64,000 nucleotides of DNA from NCBI GenBank assembly GCA_038890615.1, contig JAWAFI010000001.1:336843-400842 (forward strand), in the 5' to 3' direction. Positions 20,117 through 30,410 of this stretch are shown in pieces. A program made the position numbers and the translations under genes. Under the pieces are notes generated by a model, which saw only the letters and a list, made by a program, of their open reading frames with translations, was not told where the DNA came from and did not search any database. Numbering within the stretch: the first letter of the stretch is position 1; each line of letters starts with the position of its first letter. Origin of the DNA: Candidatus Anstonellales archaeon (GTDB lineage Archaea; Micrarchaeota; Micrarchaeia; Anstonellales; J096).

Positions 20117-21070
20117 ATGAAAATACTTGTAACGGGCGCAGCAGGCCAGATTGGGTCTGAGCTTGTGCCTGCCCTTCGCGAAAGATATGGAACCGAAAGC
20201 GTGATACCTCTATACCACCACACCATTCCCAAAGGCATTGAGAAGCCTTACATTATAGGGGATGCCACTGACAAGGATTTCCTTTTTGGAGCAATAAAAG
20301 ACAATGAGATAGATGTTATTTACCACCTTGTAGGGATTCTGTCAGCAAAAGGGGAGAAGGACCCTGACCTTGCCTATTCAGTGAATATGGGCAGCCTGAA
20401 AAACGTGCTTGACATTGCCAGATGGCTCAAGGAGAATGGCAAGCCAATAAAAGTATTCTGGCCAAGCTCTATTGCTGCCTTTGGCCCAACAACGCCAAGG
20501 GACAAAACGCCACAGCACACTGTGCTTGAGCCATCCACAATGTACGGGGTCACAAAGGTTGCGGGGGAGCTTCTTGTAAATTACTATTTCAAAAAATTCG
20601 GAATAGACACACGAAGCGTCCGCTATCCAGGCATAATAAGCTGGAAAACGCCTCCAGGCGGGGGCACCACAGATTACGCAGTTGAGATTTTTCATGAAGC
20701 TCTAAAGAACAAATCATACACATGCTTCTTAAACAAGGGAACATACTTGCCCATGATGTATATGGATGATGCCATAAGGGGGACTATAGAGCTTATGGAG
20801 GCAGAGCCTTCACGCATAAAGGTAAGGACAAGCTACAACATTGCTGCAGTAAGCTTCGCCCCAGAGCATATTGCAGAGGAAATAGCAAAGCATATCCCTG
20901 GATTCAGGATTTCATACAATCCTGACTTCAGGCAACAGATCGCTGATTCTTGGCCGCGCTCAATAGACGATTCCGCAGCACGCTCTGATTGGGGGTGGAG
21001 CCATCGCTATGGGTTGAAGGAAATTGTGGAAGCCATGCTTTCCAACCTTAAAAGGGAGCTTAACCTTTAG
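20117..21070 (+). CDS. tdh: L-threonine 3-dehydrogenase (SDR/GalE-like)
   Basis: TGAAGQIG, PSSIAAFG, YGVTK, PGGGTTDYA, RQQIADSWP; divergent from kbl. Confidence 0.9.
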   Translation: MKILVTGAAGQIGSELVPALRERYGTESVIPLYHHTIPKGIEKPYIIGDATDKDFLFGAIKDNEIDVIYHLVGILSAKGEKDPDLAYSVNMGSLKNVLDIARWLKENGKPIKVFWPSSIAAFGPTTPRDKTPQHTVLEPSTMYGVTKVAGELLVNYYFKKFGIDTRSVRYPGIISWKTPPGGGTTDYAVEIFHEALKNKSYTCFLNKGTYLPMMYMDDAIRGTIELMEAEPSRIKVRTSYNIAAVSFAPEHIAEEIAKHIPGFRISYNPDFRQQIADSWPRSIDDSAARSDWGWSHRYGLKEIVEAMLSNLKRELNL

Positions 21071-21071
21071 C

Positions 21072-22376
21072 TTAAGCATTTTGCTTAACGAACTCCACAA
21101 GCTCCCTTGCAATCTTCTCTGCTTTTGCCTTGTCTTTTGATTCTGCGAAGACCCTTATGAAATTCTCTGTGCCAGAAGGCCTTATGAGGAACCAAGAGCC
21201 ATCTTCCATGTCCACCCTGACCCCATCAACCATGTTCGCTTGAGGGTATTTTGCGTATATTGCCTCCATTGCCTTTTTCTTTTCAGTGCACTCAACCTTT
21301 TCTTTAATCAGCCAGTACTTTGGCATCCTTCTTAGGGCATTTTCAATCCCTTCCTCTGCCTCTATCTCAAGCATCTTAAGCCCAGTTAGGAAGCCGTCCT
21401 TTGCGTAGCTGAACTCAGGCCACACAGTGCCCCCAACCTCTTCCCCTGCCATAATGCCACCTACCTCAATGAGCTTTTCAACTATGTACGGCACCCCAAC
21501 TTTAGTTTTGACAACACTCCCCCCTGCTGCTTTTACAACCTCATCAACGACGTTGCTTGTGCCAACTGTGCTTACCACAATCCCTTTTTTGTGCCTAAGC
21601 TTTCTTTCTGCAGCCAAGGCAAACACCACATCCCCAGAGACAAAGCCAGAGGGGGCTGCAAGCGATATCCTGTCTCCATCTCCGTCCCATGCGATCCCTA
21701 TGTCAGCATTGCCTTCCTTGACAAAATTTATGAGCTCCTGTATGTTTGCTTCCTTTGGCTCAGAGGGCCTTCCAGGGAAAGACCCATCAACCTTCTCATT
21801 GAAAACAAATAACTCAGCAATCTCCCTAAAAAGAGGCAGCACATTGACTGCAGTGCAGTTTGAGCAGTCAACAGCAACCTTGAGCTTAGCTTTCTTTATG
21901 AGCTGAATGTCAGCATGCTTCCTTATCTCGCTTAGATAAGTTTCCATAACACCTTTCACTACTATATCCTTCCCTATTGAATTCCACGCAGAAGGCACCA
22001 CAACCTTCTCTTCAAGCATTGCATTAGCCCTTTCTTGGGGTATTATTACCCCGTTCTTGTCAACAATCTTTATCCCATTCCATTCCTTTGGGTTGTGTGA
22101 GGCAGTTATTATTGCAACCCCATCAAGCTTTCTGTGCCTTATCATGAATTCAGCAACAGGAGAAGGCACAAAGCCAAGGACTTCAACATCAGTGCCCCCT
22201 GCTTCTATCCCGCTTATCAATGCATGCGCATAAAGCTCAGAAGAGCTTCTGCAATCCCATGCAACCCCAACCCTTTTCCTACCTTTTGAGAAGTTGTAGC
22301 CTATCTCAACTATTCTCCTTAGGTCAAATTTCCCTGTTATCTCCCTTACCCCTGATGTTCCAAATGAAAGTGCCAT
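21072..22376 (-). CDS. Phosphohexomutase (PGM/PMM/GlmM family)
   Basis: FGTSGVR, ITASHNP, DGDGDR and RPSGTE motifs. Confidence 0.93.
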   Translation of the reverse strand: MALSFGTSGVREITGKFDLRRIVEIGYNFSKGRKRVGVAWDCRSSSELYAHALISGIEAGGTDVEVLGFVPSPVAEFMIRHRKLDGVAIITASHNPKEWNGIKIVDKNGVIIPQERANAMLEEKVVVPSAWNSIGKDIVVKGVMETYLSEIRKHADIQLIKKAKLKVAVDCSNCTAVNVLPLFREIAELFVFNEKVDGSFPGRPSEPKEANIQELINFVKEGNADIGIAWDGDGDRISLAAPSGFVSGDVVFALAAERKLRHKKGIVVSTVGTSNVVDEVVKAAGGSVVKTKVGVPYIVEKLIEVGGIMAGEEVGGTVWPEFSYAKDGFLTGLKMLEIEAEEGIENALRRMPKYWLIKEKVECTEKKKAMEAIYAKYPQANMVDGVRVDMEDGSWFLIRPSGTENFIRVFAESKDKAKAEKIARELVEFVKQNA

Positions 22377-22425
22377 AAAATGTATAAAAGCAACCTTTTT
22401 AATAAAAAGCGCAAAGGCACTTTTT

Positions 22426-23064
22426 ATGGTTGTGCCTCTTTTCCTGGCTGTGCGCCAAAGAAAGCAGGAGCTTCACGAGATAAGACCATCCCTCTTCTCA
22501 AAAATATTTCTTGAGGACAAAAAGACTTCCGAAAAAATCCAGAAAGCTCTTGAGAAAAGTCCCAGGGAGCTTGAGCTCATGCTAACCATAACAAGAATGA
22601 AACCATATTGCATTTTGCCAAACCACTTGGTTGATAAAGCTGCAGAGGCAATAGAATTGGCAGGGCTAAAGACACTTAAGTCTTCCAATAAGGAAAGGGG
22701 CACTTATGTCTATAGCCCAGATGCCCTTTCAGAGTTCTTATTTTTCTTAGGGGTAAACGCTGTGTCACCGCGCGAGTACCTTAAGACGTGTGACCAGATA
22801 GAATTACTCATGGAATTCTTGAGACCCAATATACTCCAAGAAGGAAGTACAACCATAAAAATCTACGCAGAGGGGCTTGAAGGAAGCATAAACTTCACAG
22901 CCCCTAAAAACTCAAATTGCAGAGAGATGATAGAAGAATATGGGGCTGCAATAAAAAAACTAGAAGCTTTTGGGGTGAAAAACCTTGGCAAGGTTGTTGC
23001 TGAATTAAGGGTGAACAAAAAGATAGGAGGGCCAGCTAGAACTAGCACAATCATTTTCCCTTGA
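22426..23064 (+). CDS. Hypothetical protein
   Basis: 212-aa ORF filling the gap, TATA-like element upstream. Confidence 0.7.
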   Translation: MVVPLFLAVRQRKQELHEIRPSLFSKIFLEDKKTSEKIQKALEKSPRELELMLTITRMKPYCILPNHLVDKAAEAIELAGLKTLKSSNKERGTYVYSPDALSEFLFFLGVNAVSPREYLKTCDQIELLMEFLRPNILQEGSTTIKIYAEGLEGSINFTAPKNSNCREMIEEYGAAIKKLEAFGVKNLGKVVAELRVNKKIGGPARTSTIIFP

Positions 23065-23074
23065 GGTTGTCAAT

Positions 23075-24226
23075 CTAATAAGGGCCAACTCCGGTTCCGC
23101 TGCTGCTCGTTTTCTCGGTGTTTATGTCCAGCACATCCTCCTTTTTCCATTCCTGTTGCCTATTTCCTGCAACATCCTTTGCCCCACTTATTTTTATGTC
23201 AAGGCCTGTTGCCCTTTCCTCTTTGTCCAGTATCTCGTACTTGGCGACATAAGTAAGCTCGTTGATCCAGCTGCCTCCTTTTGGGCCCAGAACTTTAAGG
23301 GCTTTTGAGAATTCTATGCTTGGCTCGCTTGCTTCCATTGGCTCACTGTACTTAACTCTCACTTCTATTACCTTTCCAATATCCTTCCTCGTTATAAAAT
23401 CGTCGCTTATCTCAAGCCCAACAACATAAGGCCTTATCATATCTACCATAAACACAGCTCCAGAATATTCTTCTTGCAGGTTTCCAGCGCTATCCCTTCC
23501 GCCGCTCACTTGTGCATCAACTCTTTGCGCCTCAAAGCTGCTCTCCTTTATGCTATAGAGCATTTCATAATCGTTATCGCTTATCCAGCTTCCTTCCTTG
23601 AATGCAAGCACTCTTGCCATATCAGGGCTGAAAACAACAGAGGGATTGCCTTTGCCCATTTTTTCGCTGTATCTTATCCTAACTGCAAGAGTGCCCCCAA
23701 CATCCTCTGTGCTTATCTTTGAATCAGAAGCTTCTACTAAGGCGACCTTTGGCCCAACATTGTCTATGCTGAAGGCGTCCCTTTCTACATATTCTTCATT
23801 CTCGTTGCCAGCCAAATCCCTTGCCCCTGTCACTATTATGTCAAACCCTTCTGCCTCCAAGCCTGCGTTGCCTATCATATACTCTGCTGCATAGCTGTAT
23901 TCATCAATCCATCCTTCAGTACTTGGTAAAAGCAAATGGCTAAGGTCACGGCTGAACCTTATGCTTGGCTCAACCTCCCTATCCATGCTTTCGCTAAACC
24001 TAACACTTACCCTGAAAACACCCCCGGCATCTGCTTTTGTTATCAGCTTATCAGATACCTCTACTTCTGCAACATAAGGAGCTGTGCTGTCTATCAAGCT
24101 CTCATTAGTTTCGTTTGTTATATTCTGCGTTTCATTCTTGAGCTCATTGGGAAAATCAATGCACCCAAAGAAGAGCATCACAGCAAAAACACCTACAGCT
24201 AAAAATTTATTCATGCTCTCACACAA
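23075..24226 (-). CDS. Lipoprotein with three tandem bacterial Ig-like repeats
   Basis: MLFFGC lipobox; three ~108-aa repeats D..P.V...SD..I...(F/Y)SE.M...W...G..D.AGN. Confidence 0.8.
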   Translation of the reverse strand: MCESMNKFLAVGVFAVMLFFGCIDFPNELKNETQNITNETNESLIDSTAPYVAEVEVSDKLITKADAGGVFRVSVRFSESMDREVEPSIRFSRDLSHLLLPSTEGWIDEYSYAAEYMIGNAGLEAEGFDIIVTGARDLAGNENEEYVERDAFSIDNVGPKVALVEASDSKISTEDVGGTLAVRIRYSEKMGKGNPSVVFSPDMARVLAFKEGSWISDNDYEMLYSIKESSFEAQRVDAQVSGGRDSAGNLQEEYSGAVFMVDMIRPYVVGLEISDDFITRKDIGKVIEVRVKYSEPMEASEPSIEFSKALKVLGPKGGSWINELTYVAKYEILDKEERATGLDIKISGAKDVAGNRQQEWKKEDVLDINTEKTSSSGTGVGPY

Positions 24227-24264
24227 CTCAATGGCTCTTTTGATTTAAAATAGTATTGTTTTGG

Positions 24265-25428
24265 TTAAGTCATCCTCCTAAGTATATGGACCACTGCAGT
24301 AGCCCCACTGCCCCCAACATTATGGGTAAGCCCTATCTCTGCCCCGCTTACTTGTCTGTTCCCTGCTTCGCCCCTCAGTTGCCATACTGCCTCGACAACC
24401 TGCTTTACCCCTGTTGCCCCTACCGGATGCCCGCATGCTTTCAAGCCTCCGCTGGTGTTTATGGGAATCTTGCTTCCAAGGTAAGTAAGGCCCTCTTCTA
24501 CTGCCTTGTAGCCCTGCCCTTTTTCGAAGAAGCCCAAGTCCTCTATTGCTAGGAGTTCAGCAATTGTGAAGCAGTCGTGCACTTCTGCAAAATCAATGTC
24601 CTGCGCGCTTATGCCTGCCCTTTCATAGGCCTTTTTGGCAGCGATCCGCGTAGCATTCAAGGAAGTAAGACTTTGCCTATTGTTTAGGGCTAAGCTATCG
24701 CTTGCCTGCGTGCTTGCAGCTATCTCTACAGGCGTGTCAGTGAATTCCTTTGCCCTTTCCAAAGGAGCTAGCACAACCGCTGCAGCCCCATCTGTTATTG
24801 GCGATGAGTCAAACACCTTGAGCGGATCTGCGATCATCTTTGATTTCATCACTGTTTCCACTGTAATCTCATTCTGGTACTGCGCATATGGATTAAGCGA
24901 GCCGTGCTTGTGGTTCTTGACAGCAACCATTGCCAAGTGCTCTTCTTTTGCGCCAAAGTCATTCATATACCTAGTTGCCATTAGCGCATAAAGCCCTGGG
25001 AAAGTTGCCCCAAGGAAGAGCTCCCATTCCTGGTCCCCTGCTCCTCCAAGCACTTTTGTTGTTGCCTCTGTCCCTATATCTGTCATTTTCTCAACGCCAC
25101 CTACTACCACTATGTCGTGCATCCCTGATGCCACTGCCATAAACCCTTGCCTGACTGCCATTCCTCCTGAAGCGCAGGCGCCCTCCACCCTTGTCATGGG
25201 TATTGGGTTAAGCCCCATGTAATCAGCAAGCAAAGCCCCCAAGTGCTCCTGCCCTGCAAAGCTACCTCCTGCCATATTCCCAACGTACCCTGCCTCTATG
25301 TCCTTGCCTCCTACTCCTGCGTCTTCAATTGCCTTTATGCCTGCTTCGAGTGTCAAGTCCCTAAGCCCCTTATCCCAATGCTCCCCAAACTTTGTCATTC
25401 CTACTCCTATCACAGCTACTTTCCTCAT
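24265..25428 (-). CDS. Acetoacetyl-CoA thiolase (archaeal SCP-x-like)
   Basis: EGACASG, EVHDCF and GHPVGATG motifs; coupled to HMG-CoA synthase. Confidence 0.95.
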   Translation of the reverse strand: MRKVAVIGVGMTKFGEHWDKGLRDLTLEAGIKAIEDAGVGGKDIEAGYVGNMAGGSFAGQEHLGALLADYMGLNPIPMTRVEGACASGGMAVRQGFMAVASGMHDIVVVGGVEKMTDIGTEATTKVLGGAGDQEWELFLGATFPGLYALMATRYMNDFGAKEEHLAMVAVKNHKHGSLNPYAQYQNEITVETVMKSKMIADPLKVFDSSPITDGAAAVVLAPLERAKEFTDTPVEIAASTQASDSLALNNRQSLTSLNATRIAAKKAYERAGISAQDIDFAEVHDCFTIAELLAIEDLGFFEKGQGYKAVEEGLTYLGSKIPINTSGGLKACGHPVGATGVKQVVEAVWQLRGEAGNRQVSGAEIGLTHNVGGSGATAVVHILRRMT

Positions 25429-26468
25429 TCTACCAACCCCTTCAATTTTCTCCTCAGCTTAACATACCTTGCATAAGTAACATATTCTTTGTCTGCTATC
25501 ATTTCCTCAACGCTTGGCCCAACTTTCTGCAATTCTTCAATACCTTCCTTGACCTCAATCACAAAGGAATCGCTCCCTGCACCGCTGCCGAAGCTTGTTG
25601 CAAGTATCTTTTGCCCTGGCTTGGCAACATCAAGAACTGCGCAAAGCCCAAGCATTGTTGCCCCTGAGTAAGTGTTTCCTATTCTTGGCACCAAAAGGCC
25701 AGGCATAAGCTTCTCCTTTGGTATTCCAAGCTTCTTTGCTGCTTGGGTTGGAAACTTTGCATTTGGCTGGTGGAACACCACATAATCAAACTCGTTTAAA
25801 CTGTACCCCCCTTTCTCAAGTATGCCTTTTGTTGCACCTATTATGTGCTTGAAGTATGCTGGCTCCCCAGTGAACCTCCCTCCATGGCTTGGGAACTCTG
25901 CCCCTTGCCTTCTCCAAAAATCAGGGGTGTCAGTGCTGAAAGAGTATGTCATCTCTATATGCGCTATGCCGCTCTTCCCTACAACTATAGCCCCAGCCCC
26001 TGCAGCAGCGCTGTACTCCAATGCATCTGCAGGCCTTCCCTGCGCAGTGTCAGAACCTATTGCTAGCGCGTATTTCATGAGCCCTGAGTCAACCATTCCT
26101 ATGCCTATCTGCACTCCTGCAGTGCCTGCCTTGCATGCGAACTCAAGGTCAGCAGCAGTTAGCGAAGGCGTTGCATCTATTGCCTCTGCAACTATTGTTG
26201 CCGTTGGCTTCACTGCATATGGATGGCTTTCGCTCCCAACATATACAGCCCCAATATCCTTTGGGTTTATCCTGCCTCTCCTTATGGCAACCCTTGCTGC
26301 CTCAACAGCCATTGTTGCTGCATCCTCGTCAAAAGCAGGTACTGCCTTTTCCTTTATGCCAAGGCCATCCTCTATTCTTGCTGGGTCCTCTCCCCATACT
26401 TCTGCTATCTCCCTCGTCTGTATCCTGTATTTTGGTATATAAGCTCCATACGAAACTATATCTGCCAT
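25425..26468 (-). CDS. Hydroxymethylglutaryl-CoA synthase
   Basis: [31 protein letters not shown] and SFGSGAG motifs. Confidence 0.96.
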   Translation of the reverse strand: MADIVSYGAYIPKYRIQTREIAEVWGEDPARIEDGLGIKEKAVPAFDEDAATMAVEAARVAIRRGRINPKDIGAVYVGSESHPYAVKPTATIVAEAIDATPSLTAADLEFACKAGTAGVQIGIGMVDSGLMKYALAIGSDTAQGRPADALEYSAAAGAGAIVVGKSGIAHIEMTYSFSTDTPDFWRRQGAEFPSHGGRFTGEPAYFKHIIGATKGILEKGGYSLNEFDYVVFHQPNAKFPTQAAKKLGIPKEKLMPGLLVPRIGNTYSGATMLGLCAVLDVAKPGQKILATSFGSGAGSDSFVIEVKEGIEELQKVGPSVEEMIADKEYVTYARYVKLRRKLKGLVE

Positions 26469-26581
26469 AGCGAAAACCCTCCAGCAGGTATTTTAATATT
26501 GCTTGCCTTGCTTCGTTGATCGTAGAAATTGAATTAATAAAACATATTTAAATAAACACTAAAAATAACTTAAGGTTAAGG

Positions 26582-27313
26582 ATGAAGCCTCTTGCTTTGA
26601 TTATTTTGGTTTCAACGTGCTTTGCTATCCCCTTAATCACTGTTGAAAGGGATGGAACAGCCATAATAGAAATTGATGAGCCCTTCCAAAATACATTCAG
26701 CTTTGATGTTATTGAGGGGAACTTCAGTATTGAAGGCACAGAAGTAATTCCTTCAACCCACCTTACGCTCCAAACACAAGACATTACCTCAAAGAACGGA
26801 ACAGAATGGTCCTTAAAGCTTCCTTTCCGCGCAACAGTGCTCCTGCCAAAGCCGGTTTCAATAGTGAATACACCTAACATAGAAAAGGTTTCCTTCTCAT
26901 TTGACAGGGTTTCTGTTGTTGCTTCCCCAGGGAACCTCTATTACTCATTGGATAAGCAGGATGCCTCTTCAGTCCCTCTTTCCACTGTGCTTGCCGCATT
27001 GGCAATGCTGCTGATTGCAGCAATAGCTCTGCTCATCTACTTCTTCCTTAAGGAGGGGGGAAAACCAGCAGCGCAGGTTGTTCAGCACCAAGCCCCAAAA
27101 GAAGACATTTTGCGTTTGCTCACTGAAAACGAAAAAGCCCTTTATACTAAGATAGCAGAGAGGCCTGGAATAACACAGAAGGAGCTGTTTGCGCTTTCAG
27201 GCCTACCTAAATCAACGCTTTCAATAACGCTCAAGCGCCTCATCTCAAAAGGCTTGGTGGATCGTGCGAAGGTAGGCATTTCTGTAAAGCTTTATCCTGC
27301 CAAAAAGCCATAA
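26582..27313 (+). CDS. Membrane-tethered winged-helix regulator (COG2512-like)
   Basis: Signal peptide, beta ectodomain, one TM helix, C-terminal LTENEK...GITQKEL...LPKSTLSITLKRL..KGLV. Confidence 0.82.
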   Translation: MKPLALIILVSTCFAIPLITVERDGTAIIEIDEPFQNTFSFDVIEGNFSIEGTEVIPSTHLTLQTQDITSKNGTEWSLKLPFRATVLLPKPVSIVNTPNIEKVSFSFDRVSVVASPGNLYYSLDKQDASSVPLSTVLAALAMLLIAAIALLIYFFLKEGGKPAAQVVQHQAPKEDILRLLTENEKALYTKIAERPGITQKELFALSGLPKSTLSITLKRLISKGLVDRAKVGISVKLYPAKKP

Positions 27314-27320
27314 TTTATCC

Positions 27321-27363
27321 CGGTTCAAGTCTGTTCAACCCTGTTCATGCTCATATTTAAATA
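27321..27363 (+). promoter_or_regulatory. Three direct repeats C(G/T)GTTCA at an exact 10-bp period, followed by TATA-like TATTTAAATA
   Basis: CGGTTCAAGT CTGTTCAACC CTGTTCATGC TCA TATTTAAATA upstream of the 27395 gene. Confidence 0.65.
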
Positions 27364-27394
27364 CCATTCAGAATGATGGTTGCTGGTGATGCAT

Positions 27395-28171
27395 ATGGAA
27401 GCAAAAACAATGTTTTTGGGTTTGCTCCTGCTTGGTTTTTTCACAGCAGGGCTAAGCGCCCAAGGCCCTTATGGGCAGGGAGCATGCGCACAGGTAATTA
27501 CATATGCTGAGAACCCCTCAACAGGGGGGGTTGAGGCATTCCCAACGCCTTGCGATGTGCCAAAAGGATGGAAAACAGTTTCAGGCCCTAAGGGCAGCTT
27601 AGGGGATGGCCAGAAAAATCAAGGAAGTGCAGGGGGAGGGCAGGGCAATGGCCTGCAAGGTCAGGATGGTACGAGCAATGGCGCAAGCTCTGATTTCATA
27701 AGGGTTTTTGTATACGATGCCGGCAACCCTGTTAACGCTATTGGAGTGCTGCTTAAGGATGGCATAGTAGTTGATGCAACCATGGGCCACAGGCTGAATC
27801 TCAAAGGCGAAGGCGAATACACCCTTATGGTTATAGCTGTTGGTTATCCTATAAAAACCCTTGATGTTTCAGCAGGCGACTACACTATAGACCTTTCAAG
27901 CAACACAATACAATCAGCCGAAGCAGGCTCAATGCAGGTGTGTGCCAACACAGGCCCCCAGATGAGCGCAGAGCAGGCAAAGAACAGGGTTAGGTCAAAG
28001 TTTGGCGAATTAAAAGATATAGTTGGGCAGGTGCGCCTAGAATTCAAGGACTGCAAAGCGCTCTACAAGATGAAGGTAAGGAAGCAGATGAGGCTTTTTG
28101 GAGTGCTCCCTATTCCATTTGATGAAGAATTGGAGGTGGCAGTGGATGCACAGACAGGTGAGGTAAGCTAA
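27395..28171 (+). CDS. Secreted protein (small Cys motif, Gly/Gln linker, beta domain, PepSY-like C-terminus)
   Basis: Signal peptide; CAQVITYA...FPTPCDVPKGW; MSAEQA...VDAQTGEV; GGTGAT RBS. Confidence 0.75.
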   Translation: MEAKTMFLGLLLLGFFTAGLSAQGPYGQGACAQVITYAENPSTGGVEAFPTPCDVPKGWKTVSGPKGSLGDGQKNQGSAGGGQGNGLQGQDGTSNGASSDFIRVFVYDAGNPVNAIGVLLKDGIVVDATMGHRLNLKGEGEYTLMVIAVGYPIKTLDVSAGDYTIDLSSNTIQSAEAGSMQVCANTGPQMSAEQAKNRVRSKFGELKDIVGQVRLEFKDCKALYKMKVRKQMRLFGVLPIPFDEELEVAVDAQTGEVS

Positions 28172-28174
28172 CTT

Positions 28175-29323
28175 TTAATTTCCTAATTTTTCAGCTGCCT
28201 TCTTGAATTCTGCTGAGCTCCTGTAAACATCCCTATTCCCCATCAGTATCTTAAGCCCATTTTTTATAAGCTCAATAGGCTCCTTCATATAGCTGTCCTT
28301 TGTTTTTTCTATTTCCTTTACGATATACCAAAGCTTTGTGCTCTCGATAATTTCGCATGCTTCAGCAACCCTCTGGAGCGCCATGGATGAATTTCCATTG
28401 GATAAATAGTAAAGGGCTGAGATAACTTTCTTCTTTGCATATTCTTCAGTTCCCTTGTACTTGAGGCTGTCTCTAATTTGCTCTAGCTCCTCCTTTGAAC
28501 TAGGATCTTCTTTCCTTATCTTCTTTTCCACTTCCTTAAGCATATCTATATGCTTCTTATCCCTTTCCCAAAGCGATAGCAAAGCGTACCTCTGTGCCTT
28601 GCTCTTGCCCTCAAATAGCAGGAGCACCTCCTTGAGCATCACATCCCTAACTTGCCTAAGCCCGTATTCCCTGAGCTTGTTGTATGCCATTATGCCGCTG
28701 CTTTCCTTGTCCCTCCAATTGCCAAACCTGTTCCTAAATGCCACTATCTTGGAGCAAGCTGCAGCTATAAGGGCGCGCTTCCTGAAAATAGAGATGGTTC
28801 CATCCTTCATCTCATCAAGGTATTTGTACACCTCTTCAAGCTTTTCATTGGCCAGCTGCTTGCTCAATGACCTTGCAAGCGTTGTGTTTTCAAGAATGAA
28901 ATCAATATCTCTTTTCACTGCTTCGATCTCTTTGCTTCCCATAGATTCCCCATTTTCAGCAAGCTGCGCATTTATTTTCTCAGCGATCTTAAGGACCTTG
29001 TCCCGCTTCTTAAACTCTTTGATGTAATTTTCCCCAATGTGCTTTAGCATCCTCACCCCTTTTGCTATGCTGACAACGGCTTTCTTCTCCTCCTCCCATT
29101 CCTTGAATTTTATCTCCACCATGCCCCCAAAGAAGCGCATCTTCATGTCTTCTGGGTGTTTGGTTATTACTGACTGCCCGTTTTCATCCTTGCCTACTAT
29201 ATCCCTTCCGCTTAGTTTTGCCAGCTTGGAGGAAGGGTTTTCTTCAAGAAGCACGCTTTTCCTGAACTCATTCCTTAATTTTGCGAGCTCCCCCTCAAGG
29301 AGCTTTGAGGCCTTGCTCTTCAT
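28175..29323 (-). CDS. Hypothetical helical protein
   Basis: 382-aa K/E-rich ORF with no recognised motif. Confidence 0.75.
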   Translation of the reverse strand: MKSKASKLLEGELAKLRNEFRKSVLLEENPSSKLAKLSGRDIVGKDENGQSVITKHPEDMKMRFFGGMVEIKFKEWEEEKKAVVSIAKGVRMLKHIGENYIKEFKKRDKVLKIAEKINAQLAENGESMGSKEIEAVKRDIDFILENTTLARSLSKQLANEKLEEVYKYLDEMKDGTISIFRKRALIAAACSKIVAFRNRFGNWRDKESSGIMAYNKLREYGLRQVRDVMLKEVLLLFEGKSKAQRYALLSLWERDKKHIDMLKEVEKKIRKEDPSSKEELEQIRDSLKYKGTEEYAKKKVISALYYLSNGNSSMALQRVAEACEIIESTKLWYIVKEIEKTKDSYMKEPIELIKNGLKILMGNRDVYRSSAEFKKAAEKLGN

Positions 29324-29358
29324 GCATATCTATTCCTTTTCTCCTTTTAATACCCTTT

Positions 29359-30360
29359 CTATTTTATTGGAACGCCCTTGAGGTAAGTCCTTTTTGGAAC
29401 ATCGTACTCAACACCAATTATTTTGCCTTCAGGGTTGAGGATGTAATGGGTCCTTTCTGTCACATCCTGCGGGGCAAAAACAGTGCATTCCAGCTCCTTT
29501 GAAATCAGATGGCCGATCCCTCCAATGTTCATCCCCCCTGTTGAGCACGAAAGAAGCACAACAGTTGGGTTGTCCACGAAGAATTTCTTGAGCTTGGCTA
29601 TCTCTTCCTTGTCGCTCAAGTCAATCATACCCATTTCATTCTTATCGCCAAGGGTTATGTTGGTCGGCTCCCCATGGCCTGCCAATATGAGCGTATCTAT
29701 CTTTCCGTACATATTTGAGAAATATACAATGTTTGAGTATAGCTTCTCCTCTTTCTCTACTTCAAATAAGATGACATTGTAGTATTTAGCCAATCTTTCA
29801 AGCTCAGCCCCTTCTTTGTAAAAAGCCCCTATATAATCGCTTTTGTTGAAAGCCACAAGGAGCAAGGGCTTTTTGCTTGCCTTTTTAAGATTTGAGTATA
29901 CCTTTTCAAGAAGATTTTTTGTATACCTCCCAAAGTTTTCTATTCCTAATTCCCTGTAAAGCGTAAATGTATTTTCAATCCCTATTGCATTTATAGCATA
30001 GGCAAAGTTGAGCACTGTTATGGGCTTGGGCTTTTTTATGCCGCTGTCCTTGAGCATCTTCTCTGCTTTGAGGTAAACTTCTTTGTTTATGGAAAGCAGC
30101 ACTTCCACATCCGGGTTGAATTGAAGCATAGAAGTAAAGCACAGCATATCACTGAAATTTGCCCCCCTATTTTTTATAACTCTTATGAGTTCTAAGAACC
30201 TGTCAAGCACCTTTTCTTCAACTAGATTCTTTCTTAAATAAGGGTTGCTTATCAGCGAATCCATCACCCAACCAGCATCAAGGCCCTTTTCTTCTGCTTT
30301 CTTGATTAGCAGTTCAAGCCCTTCCTGCTGCTTTTTTTTGTCAGCTTCCTTAAGAGGCAT
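29359..30360 (-). CDS. Putative caspase/hemoglobinase-fold (DUF4347-like) cysteine peptidase
   Basis: IDTLILAGHG and VVLLSCSTG motifs, then TVFAP. Confidence 0.68.
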   Translation of the reverse strand: MPLKEADKKKQQEGLELLIKKAEEKGLDAGWVMDSLISNPYLRKNLVEEKVLDRFLELIRVIKNRGANFSDMLCFTSMLQFNPDVEVLLSINKEVYLKAEKMLKDSGIKKPKPITVLNFAYAINAIGIENTFTLYRELGIENFGRYTKNLLEKVYSNLKKASKKPLLLVAFNKSDYIGAFYKEGAELERLAKYYNVILFEVEKEEKLYSNIVYFSNMYGKIDTLILAGHGEPTNITLGDKNEMGMIDLSDKEEIAKLKKFFVDNPTVVLLSCSTGGMNIGGIGHLISKELECTVFAPQDVTERTHYILNPEGKIIGVEYDVPKRTYLKGVPIK

Positions 30361-30410
30361 AAAGGAAATTCGCTCACAACCTTTTTAATCTTAATCTATA
30401 GAGCTACTTA

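Noticed and set aside
20063..20238. Apparent head-to-head overlap of kbl and tdh in the ORF track
   Set aside because: Artefact of longest-ORF starts; family motifs fit ATG 20064 (-) and ATG 20117 (+).
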